Source: Hyphochytrium catenoides
Lineage: Eukaryota > Protista > Hyphochytriomycota
DNA: 64,000 nt
Assembly: GCA_900088475.1 (NCBI GenBank)
Contig: FLMG01002723.1
Span: 1 to 64,000 of the forward strand
Direction of reading: 5' to 3'
This document shows, one piece after another, positions 48,372-61,508 of this stretch. The notes under the pieces were generated by a model. It saw only the letters and a list, made by a program, of their open reading frames with translations. It was not told the DNA's origin and did not search any database. Within the stretch, counting starts at the first letter, position 1, and every line of letters starts with the position of its first letter. The position numbers and the translations under genes are program-made.

Positions 48372-51300
48372 GGTGATGGTTTCGTCTGGGTTAGACTGCT
48401 TGAGACGAGCTGAGGTTACAGAAGAAAGCTTTCGAATGGTTGGGTTTCCCACACGCTGGTTGCGCTGTCCCAAGATATTCAACCTTATGCGTTATTCTTA
48501 GAGAGCAAGTGTCTGGATCATGGCAATTGAGAGAATGAGCAGAGAAGGTTTGGTCCTCCTCTCCTGCGTTCTCGATCCACTGCCTAGGTAGAGACAGGGG
48601 AGACGGCGCAGGTGCCTCTTTGACCAGGAACATGGGAAGATGCATCCATCATCACGTCAGCTCCATCGAACCTCGATATTCATACTAATCCCTGCTGTAG
48701 CAGTGCCGCAAAGACCAGTTGGACACCTTTCTTCTTCTTCTTACCCTTCCATGGGTCCCTTCTTCCCCCAGATCATCTCAAGATCTTATGTCCTATAGAA
48801 CCCCTGACAATAATATGCCTGTCTTTGTCATCTCCTGCTAGCGTTTCTTCCTCCCCCTTCATAAAGATGTCCTGTGTAACCAACAAGGCTCTTTCTCTGT
48901 AAGCACTGCTTGCTCTTCCTCTCTCTTCTAGGCCTCTCTCTTCCCCTTCCTTGGCCCCGCAAGAGCTCTGTACAGTATAGAGTCAAACTGTCAGACAGGC
49001 CTGACAGTCGTAAGAGTGGGTGGGCCTTTTGATAAATACAGGTAATAATCTATGAGGAACTTGGGTAGGTAGCAGCAACCTAATAAAGGTTGCGGGACAA
49101 TAAATCCAATCAAGTTCACCCTTTTAGCCTCTATTTCCCTGTACCGAATTAGTACTTTTTAGAACTGACCAGTACCCTGACAAGGCCATCAAAAGGACTT
49201 AGATCCCTGCACTCTGATTGGCCGTAAATAAATTTCTGGACGTGTTGGTGTTCTTCTTTGGCGACACCCTCTCAGCATAGTGAGTATGACAGTTCTAGAG
49301 TTTGGGGGTCTAGTTGTTCTAATTCTGTACCTCTCTTCGCATGTAATAACCCTTTTGCTGTCCAGATGCTGGGCCTCGAGCACGGGAATAATCACCATAA
49401 AGTAGAGCGAATAAGCAAGAAACGGCACCACTGTCACTTTGGCTCTCAAAAATTCACTTTCTTCCAATCAGCGCCCAGCACAACTGATCTTGATTGATCA
49501 GAAGAAACTTAGGTTCCCCGTTAGCGGCTATGTTCTGTGAAACCTAGCATTCCGATTGGCTAATAATCGTCTTAGTCGCGGGAACAGGCTGGTCAAAGCT
49601 CATCGTTTCCTCCCCAGTTTCCCTTCCTCCATTTTTTGCATCATAGTGCCTCCTAACGCTCTCGCAGAGAAAGACTGCCGTAGGAGATAGAGGTGGATAA
49701 AGTAATAGCTATGGACTAGACTGAGACAGAGACTTTACCAAGGTACCCAAACAACCAAGTTCAAACTGCCCTGTTGCTTAGTTCTTTGTCGTCATCCATG
49801 TCCAGGAGATGGAAAGTCACCTGACAACAACAGGGAAGGACAGGGACCGATAGCAGGAACCACAGGTAATAGCCGTTGCTCGGCCGCTTTCATAGAACTA
49901 CGACTCTAGAGAAGTGGGGGAGGTGAGAGAGGCGATCTGATGACGAGCTCAGTGAATGAAATGGAGAATCCTCTTTCCTTGACAAGAAATCTTCTTCAAG
50001 CTGAATGATGGTCTCCGTTCCGACCATCATCTTGAACGCATCATTAAGAATCAATCTCCAGTAATACTTCCTGCAACAGTTCATTATGAGGTGCAATTTC
50101 TGTGCTCCAGGCTCCAGACAGCACTACTTGCTAGTCAAATCATGATCCTGTTCTTCTGGTCATTATCGACCATCTAAGAACCTTGCAATCTGGGATGAGG
50201 TTCTTTTGAGGCTCTAACCCAGATGCAGAAGTGGATTGAATGGCTCTTACACTGCTCACTAAGGACTGTAGCTTCCTAGTAGTGTAACACCACAGTCGCA
50301 CGCAGGCACCAGCATCAATAAAAAAATGATAGCTCGATCGACCTCAACGTCTGACTTGCATGGTCAAGATAATGAGCATAAACCAGAGTCAAAGAAATAC
50401 GGAGACACTGGACTTATCACTTAGTTTCCTGAGCGGCCCGGGAGTAAGAGCCGTCTTAGCTCCATTAGTTGCAAGGACGCTAAATAGAGCTAACTTCTTG
50501 TGGCCTCCTGCCATTGATTCAATTGTATCCCTCCAATCCTGGATATACCTCGAGGGCTAAGATTCTGGTTTGCAGGGCTTTAGCAGAAGAAGAGAAGAGA
50601 TAGAAAATGACTGCATGACAGGAATTCTGGTGATAGAGCACATGCTGTTAAGAAGAGGTACGCCTGAGTACTCCCAATGGGATGCAAGCAGAAGATGGTG
50701 ATACCTCTGAAAGGGGGTGATCAAAGCAATGCTTTGCCAGCTAAGGAGCTCTCTTACAAATAGGGCACTGCTTGCAAACCCTTCAGCCGGTCTCTGAACG
50801 AAGTGAAACTCTATTTATTATTTGTAAGCATGCGAAGCTAGAGGAAGTAGCTAGATTCTCGTTGATGCGTCATCTTCTAAAGATGCTCTTCAACTAGTAA
50901 TTTCGGGGCTTGTGCAGGTGGCATTAGCGCCAGAAACGGTTACTACCTCTCCAAGGCGTCGTAAAGGACCGCTGATAGAAAGAAATCTGAAGAAGAGCCG
51001 AGCCATTATGGCAGATCTTTGCAATTAGACTAATCTTCCGTCGTGTTAAGAAGCATGGAGTAGGGGGAACGAAAAAACGTGTCTGAGAGTACCATCAAGG
51101 GAAGCAGTTGACTCAAAAGCGTAAGCCGCTAATAAGAGAATTTATAACCTGTTCCCCCCAACCCACCCCCAACCTATTAAGAGTCGAGAGGCAGCATCTG
51201 TAGGGATCTCCTCATAAATGATGGGAAACTGGATACACTGAGGTAGAAGAAAGGACCTTGTCAGGGAGTTGGCATAGAGAGGAGACTCTTTCTTCCTTTT

Positions 51301-52502
51301 GTGTGCAAGAATGAATCAACCTGCCTAGCTGCAGAGCTACAATTATTTGTATGTCTACATTTTATTTCTTCAAAATGCTTCTTGTATGTGCACAATGCCT
51401 GACTTTCACAATGCATGCCCTCGAAGTTCGATTCCTCATAATGCACCTGACAGGCTGTGTTGGATAAATAAGCCACTCCATCTAACTGAATGATCGAATG
51501 CTACAAAGCAAGGAGAAAGGAATGCTGACGCCGAAGTGCTTTCGAAGGTCCTGCTATTATGACCCGGCCGGCTGTTTCCTCTTCACTCTTCTTGAGCGGC
51601 TTCTGCATCAAAGAGATTGTTAGATGAATGTAGGTGTGTCTACGTCTTGTCGCATGGTGGCCATTTTTTGCACTGAACACTGCGCTTCACAAGAAATTAA
51701 CGTAACCCCATCTATCAATTGGAGCTCTTCTCCTTCGGGCGCTCAGTCTCTTTCTGTATCCAATCCTTCATCGGCAGCTCCTCACCTTTTGTCTTTCATA
51801 TTCATTATCAAATGAAGTTCCATATGATTCTTCGTTTCTTCTTCAGAAGAACAGATAATAAGGAGATGCTACTATGTCAGCAGTCGGTACTCGATAATAA
51901 TAATAGGCTTCTTGTCTTCATGATTCTATCCTTCTTCTTCCTCGTGTTCTTGTGTTCTTGTGTGTGTCCTCTTTGTTCGCTTTCTTCTGTCGTCTTCTGA
52001 TCTTCATCAACTCTCTCTTCCTCTCCGTCTCTTTGGCCTGTGTGTCCGTGTGCTTTCTTCTTCACAGAGATCAAGGGGAAAACTTGAAACACAATCAATA
52101 AAGGTAAATAACATCAGGAATCCCATCTTGACAAGTAAAAGAAGGTAAAGTTGACAATACCTTTGGGAAAAATGATTTCCAACGTCAATCTGAGCTGCTG
52201 TCGTCCTTTTTGACTGTGAAATATCATTCAGCGCCTGCTTCTCCAGATCTGGACCCATCTGCAGGATTCTGTACTTTTGAGGATGTAACTTGCAGCGCGC
52301 AGACCCACGCAGCGCCACTTCGAAGGAATGCCTCTTCCGCATTAGTTAATGGGAAATCCAATGGCTCCTTTCTGAGCACCACTTTGAAGACGTTGTGCAG
52401 AGATCAAAGGCAATTCCTCGCCATCTACTCATACTTCCTAGACCACTATTCAGCTAGAATAATAAACGACCAACGAAATTGCCTGAACTTCCTACAGGAA
52501 AC

Positions 52503-53484
52503 ATGCATAGCATTTGGATCCGTCTCAACACGGTGGTCTTCTTTGGACTGAGCACCTTGCTCGTAATGACAGTTTCTATGGCCCTAAGGTACGTATTCGT
52601 TTACGACAGACAGTTTTTCTCAACAGGAAGAGCGAAACCTATCTAACAAGCTTTTCTCCAGCACGTACCTCCACACCCCTAGGCCAGTAATCCGTGAACT
52701 GAAGCTCAATAGTCTCAGATCCTTGTAAGCTATTTACCCTACCACTTAGATCTAGCCCTATTGCTGACAGTCCCATAGGAGGAGCCTTGGTCGCTATGAA
52801 CGAGCCAGCATGACGGTTGATGTTGATCTCGGTACCTTCTACCTCTTAGGCATCAGTGACGCCAACTCTAAGCCCTTTCTATCTGTAGACCTTGCTTCCG
52901 AATTCAACTGGAATACAAAGATTATTTTTGCCTTCATCTACGCGGAGTATCGCACCCAGCACCCCAATGTATGGAAAAGTTGAGAGACGATGATGTACCC
53001 TTCTGGTTGCTAAGCTTTGTCGCTGCAGGTGCTGAACCAAGTTGTTATCTGGGACAACATCATGCGCTCTTCTGAAGATGCGACGATCGAGTTCACGGAT
53101 CTACTGAATAAGTATGAGTTGGCTGACCCTTATGGCGACCTGCGGTAAGCAACAATACGATAGATCACCATAGTAGGGTTTATGCTGTCCCTCTTCTGTC
53201 TGCTGACGATCTTGGAACTTATTGGCCCAGTTCCCCTGTCTTTGGGCCTTCCTTAGTCCAAAGAAGTTGTGACTTATAATGAACGACGCCCAACATTGCC
53301 CTCATTGGTGCATTTTTGTAGTGGCCGGGACGTAGAGCTAAAGCTTCGCTACGAGACAATGCCCATCGCTGGCAGGCTCTTCCTTAAAGATCTGCCAACA
53401 AACCTCTCGACTACCTTCACAATGCCAACTAGATATGTCAAAGCGGATACAAGGCGCAACGCCCGGGACCGCTCAAGAGGTTGA
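52503..53484 (+). CDS. SPCS3: Signal peptidase complex subunit 3 (SPC22/23), multi-exon
   Basis: MHSIWIRLNTVVFFGLSTLLVMTVSMALS|..DLASEFNWNTKIIFAFIYAEY..|VLNQVVIWDNIM..NKYELADPYGDLR|GRDVELKLRYETMPIAGRL. Confidence 0.92.
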
Positions 53485-53569
53485 AGACGCATCCTAGAAC
53501 CTTCCATACCGCGATACTATGATTCAATAGAACCTCGTGTCTTAGCATTGACACCCATACCATATGAGC

Positions 53570-54982
53570 TCAGTAGAACCTGGTGTCTTTGGTTGAATGT
53601 CTATGCAATGGGCGGTACTTTGGATCTTTGCCTACTTTCCAGAGATAATAGTCCAGTTGCATGGCGGTGAACTTGCCCTCGGACCTTCGCACCAGCTCCT
53701 CACAGGCTACCACTGAAGCTGCTCTCAGTTCGCTCTCCTCGTCTCCTGCCGGCAGGTCTTCGGGAGTGTCAACCTTTCGTGCCAAATCTGGGGAGAGCTG
53801 GAGGATGTCGTTAGCTCGAAGGACGCAAGGTACCACATTATCGGGAAAAATCGTCAGCTCATGGGCATCCGAGAATCCGAATGTACTAGGATCTGACTGG
53901 CGAAAACGCAAGTAGAGATCAGCTGCTAATATCTGTGCCTTTTTCAAAAAGATCACTTCTCTGCCTCTGCAAACTGCTCGGTCATCAAATGCCGGAAAAG
54001 TCTCCGCGAAAGCCTTAACCAGCGCTAAAGCAGAAGGAGAGTTTGAGTTTCCTTCTGATAGCACTTTCTGCCGCACGAAAGCAGCAAAGTCGCGATAGCC
54101 GTTGTCCCCTAGAATCTGTCCCGCCTCGTTGAGAGTCTGATGAATCATTTCTGCCAAGGGTCGCAGGGGACCCGGCTTGGACATGTAGACGCCTGGCATC
54201 ACTTGTTCATCCTTGTCAATAACGAGATCAAAATAGTTGGCAACCTGGTGGCTGGGTGGTCAGATGCTCCATTCCTGAGGTGAGGTAAGCTAAACAATCA
54301 CCTGCGCCAGAGTGATACTCCTAAGAGCTTCTGAGGTAAAATTGTTGCCAGCAAGGTACATTCCTGTCAATAGCAAGGCGAAAGAGAAGGCGAGGAAATG
54401 GATCAGTACCTGCTGAGAAAGACGGCACGATACGCTAGATGTCCCCCATCAAGCAGCTTGCGTACCAAATACGCCGTAAAGAATGGTCTCATAGGCTCCT
54501 CGACCTCCTTGGGCATGAAGCTCACGGCGAAAGCCACTGCCGAAGTTGAGCAGGTTAAGAACCGAAACGAAGTCAATTTCGGAGTCTTCATCCTGGAACT
54601 GCAAGGGAAATTTTTGACATTCTCCGCCTTCTGTCTGTATCCTGTGCAGCTCGTCCGGAGTCAGATCAGCAAGAAATTTATCTATCGCAATGGTGTTGAT
54701 GCACACGGCGCAGTCTGCCTGCTCCGAGACAGCTCTGCATGTGACTCTGCAAGAAAGATAGTTAAGTAAAAAGGAAGGTGTTATTGCAGTTGTCTGTGTA
54801 GAGTTAGGACGGAAAATGAAAGCGTACTTCACATTCTCTACCGTCGAAGGCAAGCTTCTGCTCCCTGTCGTAGTTGCAGTCATCCCTCTTGTGCGACTTT
54901 CAATGCTAGTGTTCAGAGGCCAGGCTTTGTGACGTCGGCTGAGTAATCGAGTGCAGGATCTGAAGCTCCGCTGCAAAAGCAT
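53570..54982 (-). CDS. QNG1: Queuosine 5'-phosphate N-glycosylase / queuosine salvage protein (DUF2419, C9orf64)
   Basis: LNLLNFGSGFRRELH, FPAFDD, FLKKAQILAADL, LTIFPDNVVPCVL, EESELRAASVVACEEL, MQLDYYLWKVGK..RH....FY terminus. N-terminal Arg/Ser-rich extension. Confidence 0.88.
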
Positions 54983-55579
54983 CAGAAGCTTCGGTGACCG
55001 GCAGCCCGCAGCACCAGTTGGAGTTGGTCACAAGGCTTGAAAGAAGAAGAAAGGGTGACAAAGCTGACTGACACTGAAGGAAGTCGGCACTCATGATCTC
55101 ATGATGATCTGGGGTTCCAGTCTGTATCAAAGGAGCAACCAAAGCAAGGAATCAGAACCACTGATAGCCGTTATTACCGGCTCTACTAATATTATGACTG
55201 CCCACAACAGGTTCTAAGGCTTGGACGGACAACTGTTGATGATGATGGCCAAGATGATGGCACGATTATAACTCAAGATTATTGACATCATCCTCTGCCA
55301 GCGTTGGCTCGGACTGTGAAAAGTATGCCGTTCTCACTATAAAGGCAGACACTACGTGGGCAGGAAAGTCCCCTGATGGCGCTACTTGTAAGGTCTCCAA
55401 CACCTCCATGTACTTTGAACTCGCGACAAGTTTCAGATCGTGAGCGATGGTCATCGGGACTAAAGAGAAAATATATTCATAGCAAGTAAGAGCAATGAAA
55501 GTAACCGGATTATAGAGTGTAACATTGGCTGTTAGAGCGAGAAAAGTTTGGGCGACAATTGGGGCGACTGAGGATTGAT

Positions 55580-56617
55580 CTATTGAACAAGCGGCTGCCT
55601 CTTGCCGCTTTGCCGATTTTGTTTATTAGTCTTCTTTACAAAGCTCCCTTTGTTCGTACTACCTTCAGCCGAGTTCTTGGACTGTCTTGCAATGTCGTCG
55701 AGAGACATGTTGAGTCTGTCCAGCACGTCAGGCACTGCCGACGGCTCAATTCGCTTCTCTCCCTGGTGCTTAGGACCTTTGATGAGCTTCTTGTTCTCTG
55801 CTTTGGACCGCTTCTCACCCTTTCCTTTTCCCAGGCGCTCAAAGATACTGCTGCGTCCTGTCAACTTGACTACTTTGGTCTCTCTTTGGGCTGATTCACG
55901 ATTGACCTGTGGCCGTTTCTTGCCATCGCTGCCTGATCTCCCATTTTGGTTATATTCCTGCAGAAAAGTGACAACGATGATAATTTTAGTGCATGTGTTG
56001 ATAATAGCAATGCCATGGACAGCAACTGGTCGCATGAGCATCATGAAATGGAATGGCGGAGGGAAACTGAACCACTACCACCCCGGTTGACAGAAGGCAA
56101 AGATGACCACAATGACGGAAAGTGACGGAAAGTGGGAACAGTGCCGGGACAATAATCTCGGAGCTACAATGCCGGAGCCACAGATGAGTATAGAAGTTAT
56201 GTAATATGGAATCCTTCCCCACAACTTACGTCACTGAGGCTCACAGTGTCAATCTGGTAGTGGTGAGGCCGCGGATGGTTCTTCTCGTAGACTGAAAGTG
56301 GTGAGCAGATATGAGTTCGGAAGGCAGCTAGTAAGGGTATAAGTGGCACGCACTGGCATCGTTCAGAGCCTTAAGCTCTTGAGCTGTCAGCTGCTGGCCT
56401 TGTTCTTGTTTTCTGAGAAGGAACTTGCGCACCGCTTCTGCCTTGTTACTGACAAGCTTACCGCCTGGCCAGGCGATTCTAAGGTGGCAGCCCTAAGTTG
56501 CAGCATCGCGTGCTTTCCACGTAACAGGCCCTACCTCTTCCCTTTTGTCTCGGTTGCTTCTTTCTCCCACGAAGCCGGTTCAGTGTCCTTTAGATGGCTC
56601 AGACTAACCACTGACAT
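55580..56617 (-). CDS. Basic nuclear protein with a C-terminal L(D/N)MSLDDI UAP56-binding-like motif, 4 exons
   Basis: Spliced model: MSVVSLSHLKD..KGKR|IAWPGGKLVSNKAEAVRKFLLRKQEQGQQLTAQELKALNDA|IYEKNHP..SLSD|EYNQN..SIFERLGK..LDRLNMSLDDIARQ..stop 55580. Confidence 0.55.
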
Positions 56618-56685
56618 TGAGAAGATGATCAGCCAGAAACTCTGAGGCCTTTCTGTGTCCCTGTTCACTTGACCAACAATTGTAT

Positions 56686-58317
56686 ATTAAAGCTCTTCGC
56701 AGAGATTAAGAGTTGGAAAGATCCTGAAATTCAAGAGAATAGGCTCCTTATTAGCGTGGGCGGGAGAAAAGAGAAGGATGAATACTGTGCAATCATTGCC
56801 CTTCATTACCCTGTTCGTACTCTCTGCAATCTCCACTCGACGTCAAAGGTCTTGCCTGTTGCCTGTTCTGTAAAAGGCTCAGCGTCACTTCACTATCAGA
56901 CACCGCTAGAGTTCTACTTGCCATGCAGAACGAGGATTGACAGTTGACGTTTGTGAGTATCAGGAATCGGGTCCTCCTACCCAACAGCTCTCCTGTACTG
57001 TAATAATAAACCCTTGCAGGACGATCGGGACCTCTTTGCCTCGTAGGGACGTTACAAATAATCATCGAGATGTCCGGAACAATTACTTCGCTTGTGAGAA
57101 AACTCCACTTCATTATTATTCATGTCTCCGCTACAGATGAAGAGGACAAAGTTCTTTACTGAGTACTCCGTACATTTTTTCAGATACAGTGCTCCTGGGG
57201 CCTAGTCAACCTTACATCCAGCCGCGACATCGCACTTTGCCTACTGGTCTAGAAGCCTGACTAGTGCGATTTGTAGGCCGCTCACTGCTGCTTCATCATC
57301 CAACATTAGCCAGTCCTTGAAGATACTCCGAATTATATAACTCCTCCTTCATCAGACTTCTCGGAGGAAGAGGCGTTTTCAACCTCACCGAGGAAAACCT
57401 TGTATTGAACATAGAAACACACCACATGGGTAAATGCTAGCAGCAGGGAAGACACTGCTGCCACGTTCGTGGGTAGCTCATGACGACGCGACACTTGCTG
57501 GATTGGAGGTCGTAAGAAGGACCACCACAGATAGCAGCAGAAGACACGAGAGTCGTTGTCCAAACAATGGAGGAGGAAGAGTAGCAGAAGAGGCCGTAGT
57601 CCATGATGCCGCACAGAAGAGCAAAAGGAACCCCCTCACACAGTGGGTGGAGAGCCAGATGTCCTTTTGCTGCTGGCAAGGATTGACATCTCCCTTCAAA
57701 CACAAAATAAGAAGTAGAAGCAAAGCCTCAGCTCACCACCACCAGTCCGGCGATGAATTGTGCCGTGTATCTATAAACCCAATAGTAGGCATGAGCTGGA
57801 AGTGGCTTGGTCCACTTTTCAGGTGTACAGACAAGCCTAACTTGACGCCCCGAAGTCGGGTGACGGCACCCTAATGCTGTTGAAGAAAACCCCGGAAACG
57901 AGCCAGCAGCATTCTGGCCACCAGCAACTTTATCAGTAGTCAATCCTCATTGAGGGGCGACATGACGCCACTTTTCCTCGCCAAATTCTCAGTGCCCTTC
58001 AGCATAGCAGTGAGCTTTTGCATTTCAGGTGTCTCGTTAAGCTGTGGGTGTCGGTGCACGTGTGCCATTAGTAGTTTCATCTTCTCTGTGAACTCAGCAA
58101 AGGACGCTATGAGCTGCAATCTAGCATCAGTACTGGAGCCAGTTTGCCGCATCCCTGACAATCGCTGCAGGGATTTGGAAGCCCTCCGTCGAGTATGTCT
58201 TGCAGCCCGTCTGGCCTGGTTTGGCCCATCTGCAGAGGCGTCTGCACGAGGCCGCTTTCTTCTCTTCTGAGATCGTGGCTGTTCCTCAGGAAGCTGTTCC
58301 TTTCCCTCTGCAGGCAT
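56686..58317 (-). CDS. Hypothetical protein, probably multi-exon (model uncertain)
   Basis: The ORF from ATG 58317 (MPAEGKEQLPEEQPRSQKRRKRPR..helical segment) is protein-like and carries an NLS-like basic stretch. Several short GT-AG-bounded segments follow downstream, but the joins are not secure. Confidence 0.3.
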
Positions 58318-59087
58318 AGCAAGAGAGCTTTGGATTGACAGGAGATGGGGAGTGCGTGGCAGGCTCAACCCCGTGTCCTTGTTTAAGCTTCATCAGAGAT
58401 CCGCGATTTCAAGAATGCAAAGGCCAACGCAAGGCATCAACTCTCTGCTTTCAAGAACTTCTTAGCAAAGAGCAAAGTGACGTCAAAGTACAACCAGTCT
58501 CTTCTACAGTTAGAGTCCCATGTCCCATGTAATTATTGAAAGTACTGTAAAATAATAATAATAAAGGACCAAACCAAAGACTCAATCCTTCAAGGCTCAT
58601 CCTGTCCCTAATAGGTGAAGGTATTAGTCCATATATCCCCAATATCAGGCTTCTCATGCAGAATGTGATCTGTGTATAGTGTATCTGTATTATCCTGTAT
58701 GGGGCTGTCTGATTCGTAAAGTAAAATCGGTAAAAACCAAGGAGATTTGTAGATAAATCTGTACTGTCTTGCTGTAGAACTACAGGACAACCCAAGGTGA
58801 CGACGATGGGCGACTGCAGATTGGATACTCTCTGCCTTGCCGATAAGTTATTGCGCCTGCATCTCCATCCAGGCAGCCGCAAACGCAGCTTGTCGTAGCT
58901 TGTTCTAGTCGACCTTAAGGCTTTTGACGGCCTAGTTCCCCTCTCGGTGGCTGCAGCGAACGGATAGTGGGGCTGATGACAGTACTTCTGCAGTAAAGAG
59001 CTCTATCGGCGTGATTACGGGCCCCAGTTGGCACAGTCGCGGACGACGGCAGGCACTAGCACTGTCGCTCTTAGCTTACATAGAAAG

Positions 59088-61241
59088 ATGGTGCTCTCCG
59101 CTCTCTTCTTGACTGATCTCAAGGGCAAGATCATTATCTCTAGAAACTATAGAGGGGATATCCCGATGTCCGTCTTTGAAAAGTAAGAACTAGTAGCCCT
59201 GGGGCGTCTAAAAGAGCTATGGAGCCTGACGATAACTGCTGCAGGTTCTCTCACTATGTGCAAGAGAAAGATGAAAGCGAACAAAGACCAGTATTCACTG
59301 AAGATGGCGTGACGTTTGTCTATATTAAGGTCAGTGTTCTCCCATCAGTGTGTGTAAGGCAGTCACCCATTTCTGCCCTTTACTACAGGTAAATAATCTC
59401 TATGTCCTGGCTACCACCAAACGGAACTCCAACGTCATGCTCGTGCTGCAGTATCTGTACAAAATGGTCTCGGTACGAGAGACGCCTCGCCTAGTAGTTT
59501 CTTCCCCACGATCTGACGTACGACACCTCAATCATCTCTGAGAACAGGTTTTCCAAGAGTACTTTGGAGAGCTCGAAGAAGAGAGCATACGGGATAACTT
59601 TGTGGTCATCTTCGAGCTACTTGATGAGACTATGGACCATGGATACCCGCAGACTACTGAGGCCAGAATTTTAAGAGAGTGAGAGCCCAAAGATCCTATA
59701 ATGTGGAGAGATGGTTCCGTCTAATATTCTGGGGCACTTCTAGGTACATTACACAGACAGGGAACCGGATGGAAGCGCCTCCAAGACCGCCACAAGCTCT
59801 GACAAACGCCGTCTCATGGAGGCCAGACGGCATCAAGCACCGAAAGAATGAAATATTCCTAGACGTGGTATGGCCTCTTGGAACCTTTCCCACTCTAGTT
59901 AGCCATGCATCTCCGTTTTCATCACCTTGTAGAAAACTAGATTCAAAGTGATGACACCGATACACTGTGCCCGACTTCTACTCTTTCTTGTCGTGGGTAA
60001 CGCAATCCTTCTACACCTTGGCTGTTGCAATAATCTGCAGGTAGAGCGGCTGAACCTGCTGGTAGCAACAAACGGCACCGTCCTTCACTCAGAGATTCTG
60101 GGTGCAATCAAGATGAAGTCTTTTCTGAGTGGCATGCCAGAACTGAAGTTGGGGCTTAATGACAAGGCGATGTTTGAGGCAACTGGACGTTGTAAGTTGC
60201 ACTTCATTCATCACCTTTGGTCGCCTCTCTTGCATATTCCCTTTCTGACAGGGGTTCTCCTACCTATGTCCCTCTTCGGACACCTCAAGCTTATCTAAGT
60301 ATCTCTTTTGACACCCCTTCAGCTATCTCGAAAGGCAAGGCCATAGAAATGGAAGACATAAAGTTCCATCAGTGCGTGCGGCTTGCGCGCTTTGAGACAG
60401 ACAGAACGATATCGTTCATCCCGCCTGATGGCGAGTTTGACCTGATGACTTACCGGCTAGCTACTCATGTCAAGCCCTTAATATGGGTAAGGTCCTTACT
60501 CAAAACCTCTTGGATAGTCTTGAACCGAACGCCAACTCAATCTGACGTCTGACGGCTTTTGAACCCGACCTTTACTTAAGAGATGTCTCCCTGTTTGGCC
60601 CCGTTTAACAATGCTCCCACGTTAGGTCGAATGTGTGGTTGAGCCACACTCAAGAAGCCGCATCGAATACATGGTGAAAGCCAAGAGTCAGTTCAAGAGC
60701 CGATCCATCGCTAATAATGTGGAGATTATTATTCCCGTACCCAACGATGTGGATTCTCCTTCTTTCAAGAGTAGCATCGGCACAGTCACTTATGTACCAG
60801 ACAAAGATGCGTTCGTATGGACTATCAAGCAATTCAATGGCTCTAGGTAACAGAGAATGTGTCGGTCCTGGGCCGCTTACTATCGTTTAACTGTTGCCCA
60901 TCTTACCACTGGTCAATCGCAACCCTAACCTTTATGGCGAACGTTCTCAGGGAGTATCTGATGAGAGCACATTTCGGCCTTCCCTCTGTTGGGGAGGACG
61001 AGGATGATAGCTGGAAGAAGCCCATTAGAGTCAAGTTTGAGATTCCTTACTTCACGGTTTCTGGAATTCAGGTGCGTTCCTTGCAAGCTGCTTAACTCGA
61101 TTGCAGATTTTCATCACTGTCTATGATGTTTGCTCCGAGTAGGTTCGATACCTAAAGATCATTGAGAAGAGTGGCTACCAGGCACTGCCTTGGGTTAGGT
61201 ACATCACACAGAATGGAGACTACCAGTTGAGGATGGCCTAG
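59088..61241 (+). CDS. AP1M1: AP-1 adaptor complex mu subunit, multi-exon
   Basis: [140 protein letters not shown]|[32 protein letters not shown], stop 61239-61241. Confidence 0.97.
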
Positions 61242-61508
61242 ATTGCAACGTCCATATGAGTAATTATATCGGTTGACCACCTTCCCAACGTCCTTGTCAC
61301 ATCTTGCTCCTCTCTAGACTCCTTCCTGCTCTGTAGGCTCTAGATGCTCTAGCACTTCTAATCCACTACTTTGTCCATTGTTTTCTTCGGTCTCGAGTTT
61401 CTTTGCCCGTTCGCTCCCCTTCTGTAGCTCTCTAGCGCGTTACACATACCTCGTGCTGTCTTATACTCTTGGACCACAATAAATACATTATTTTGACGGT
61501 GATTATCT

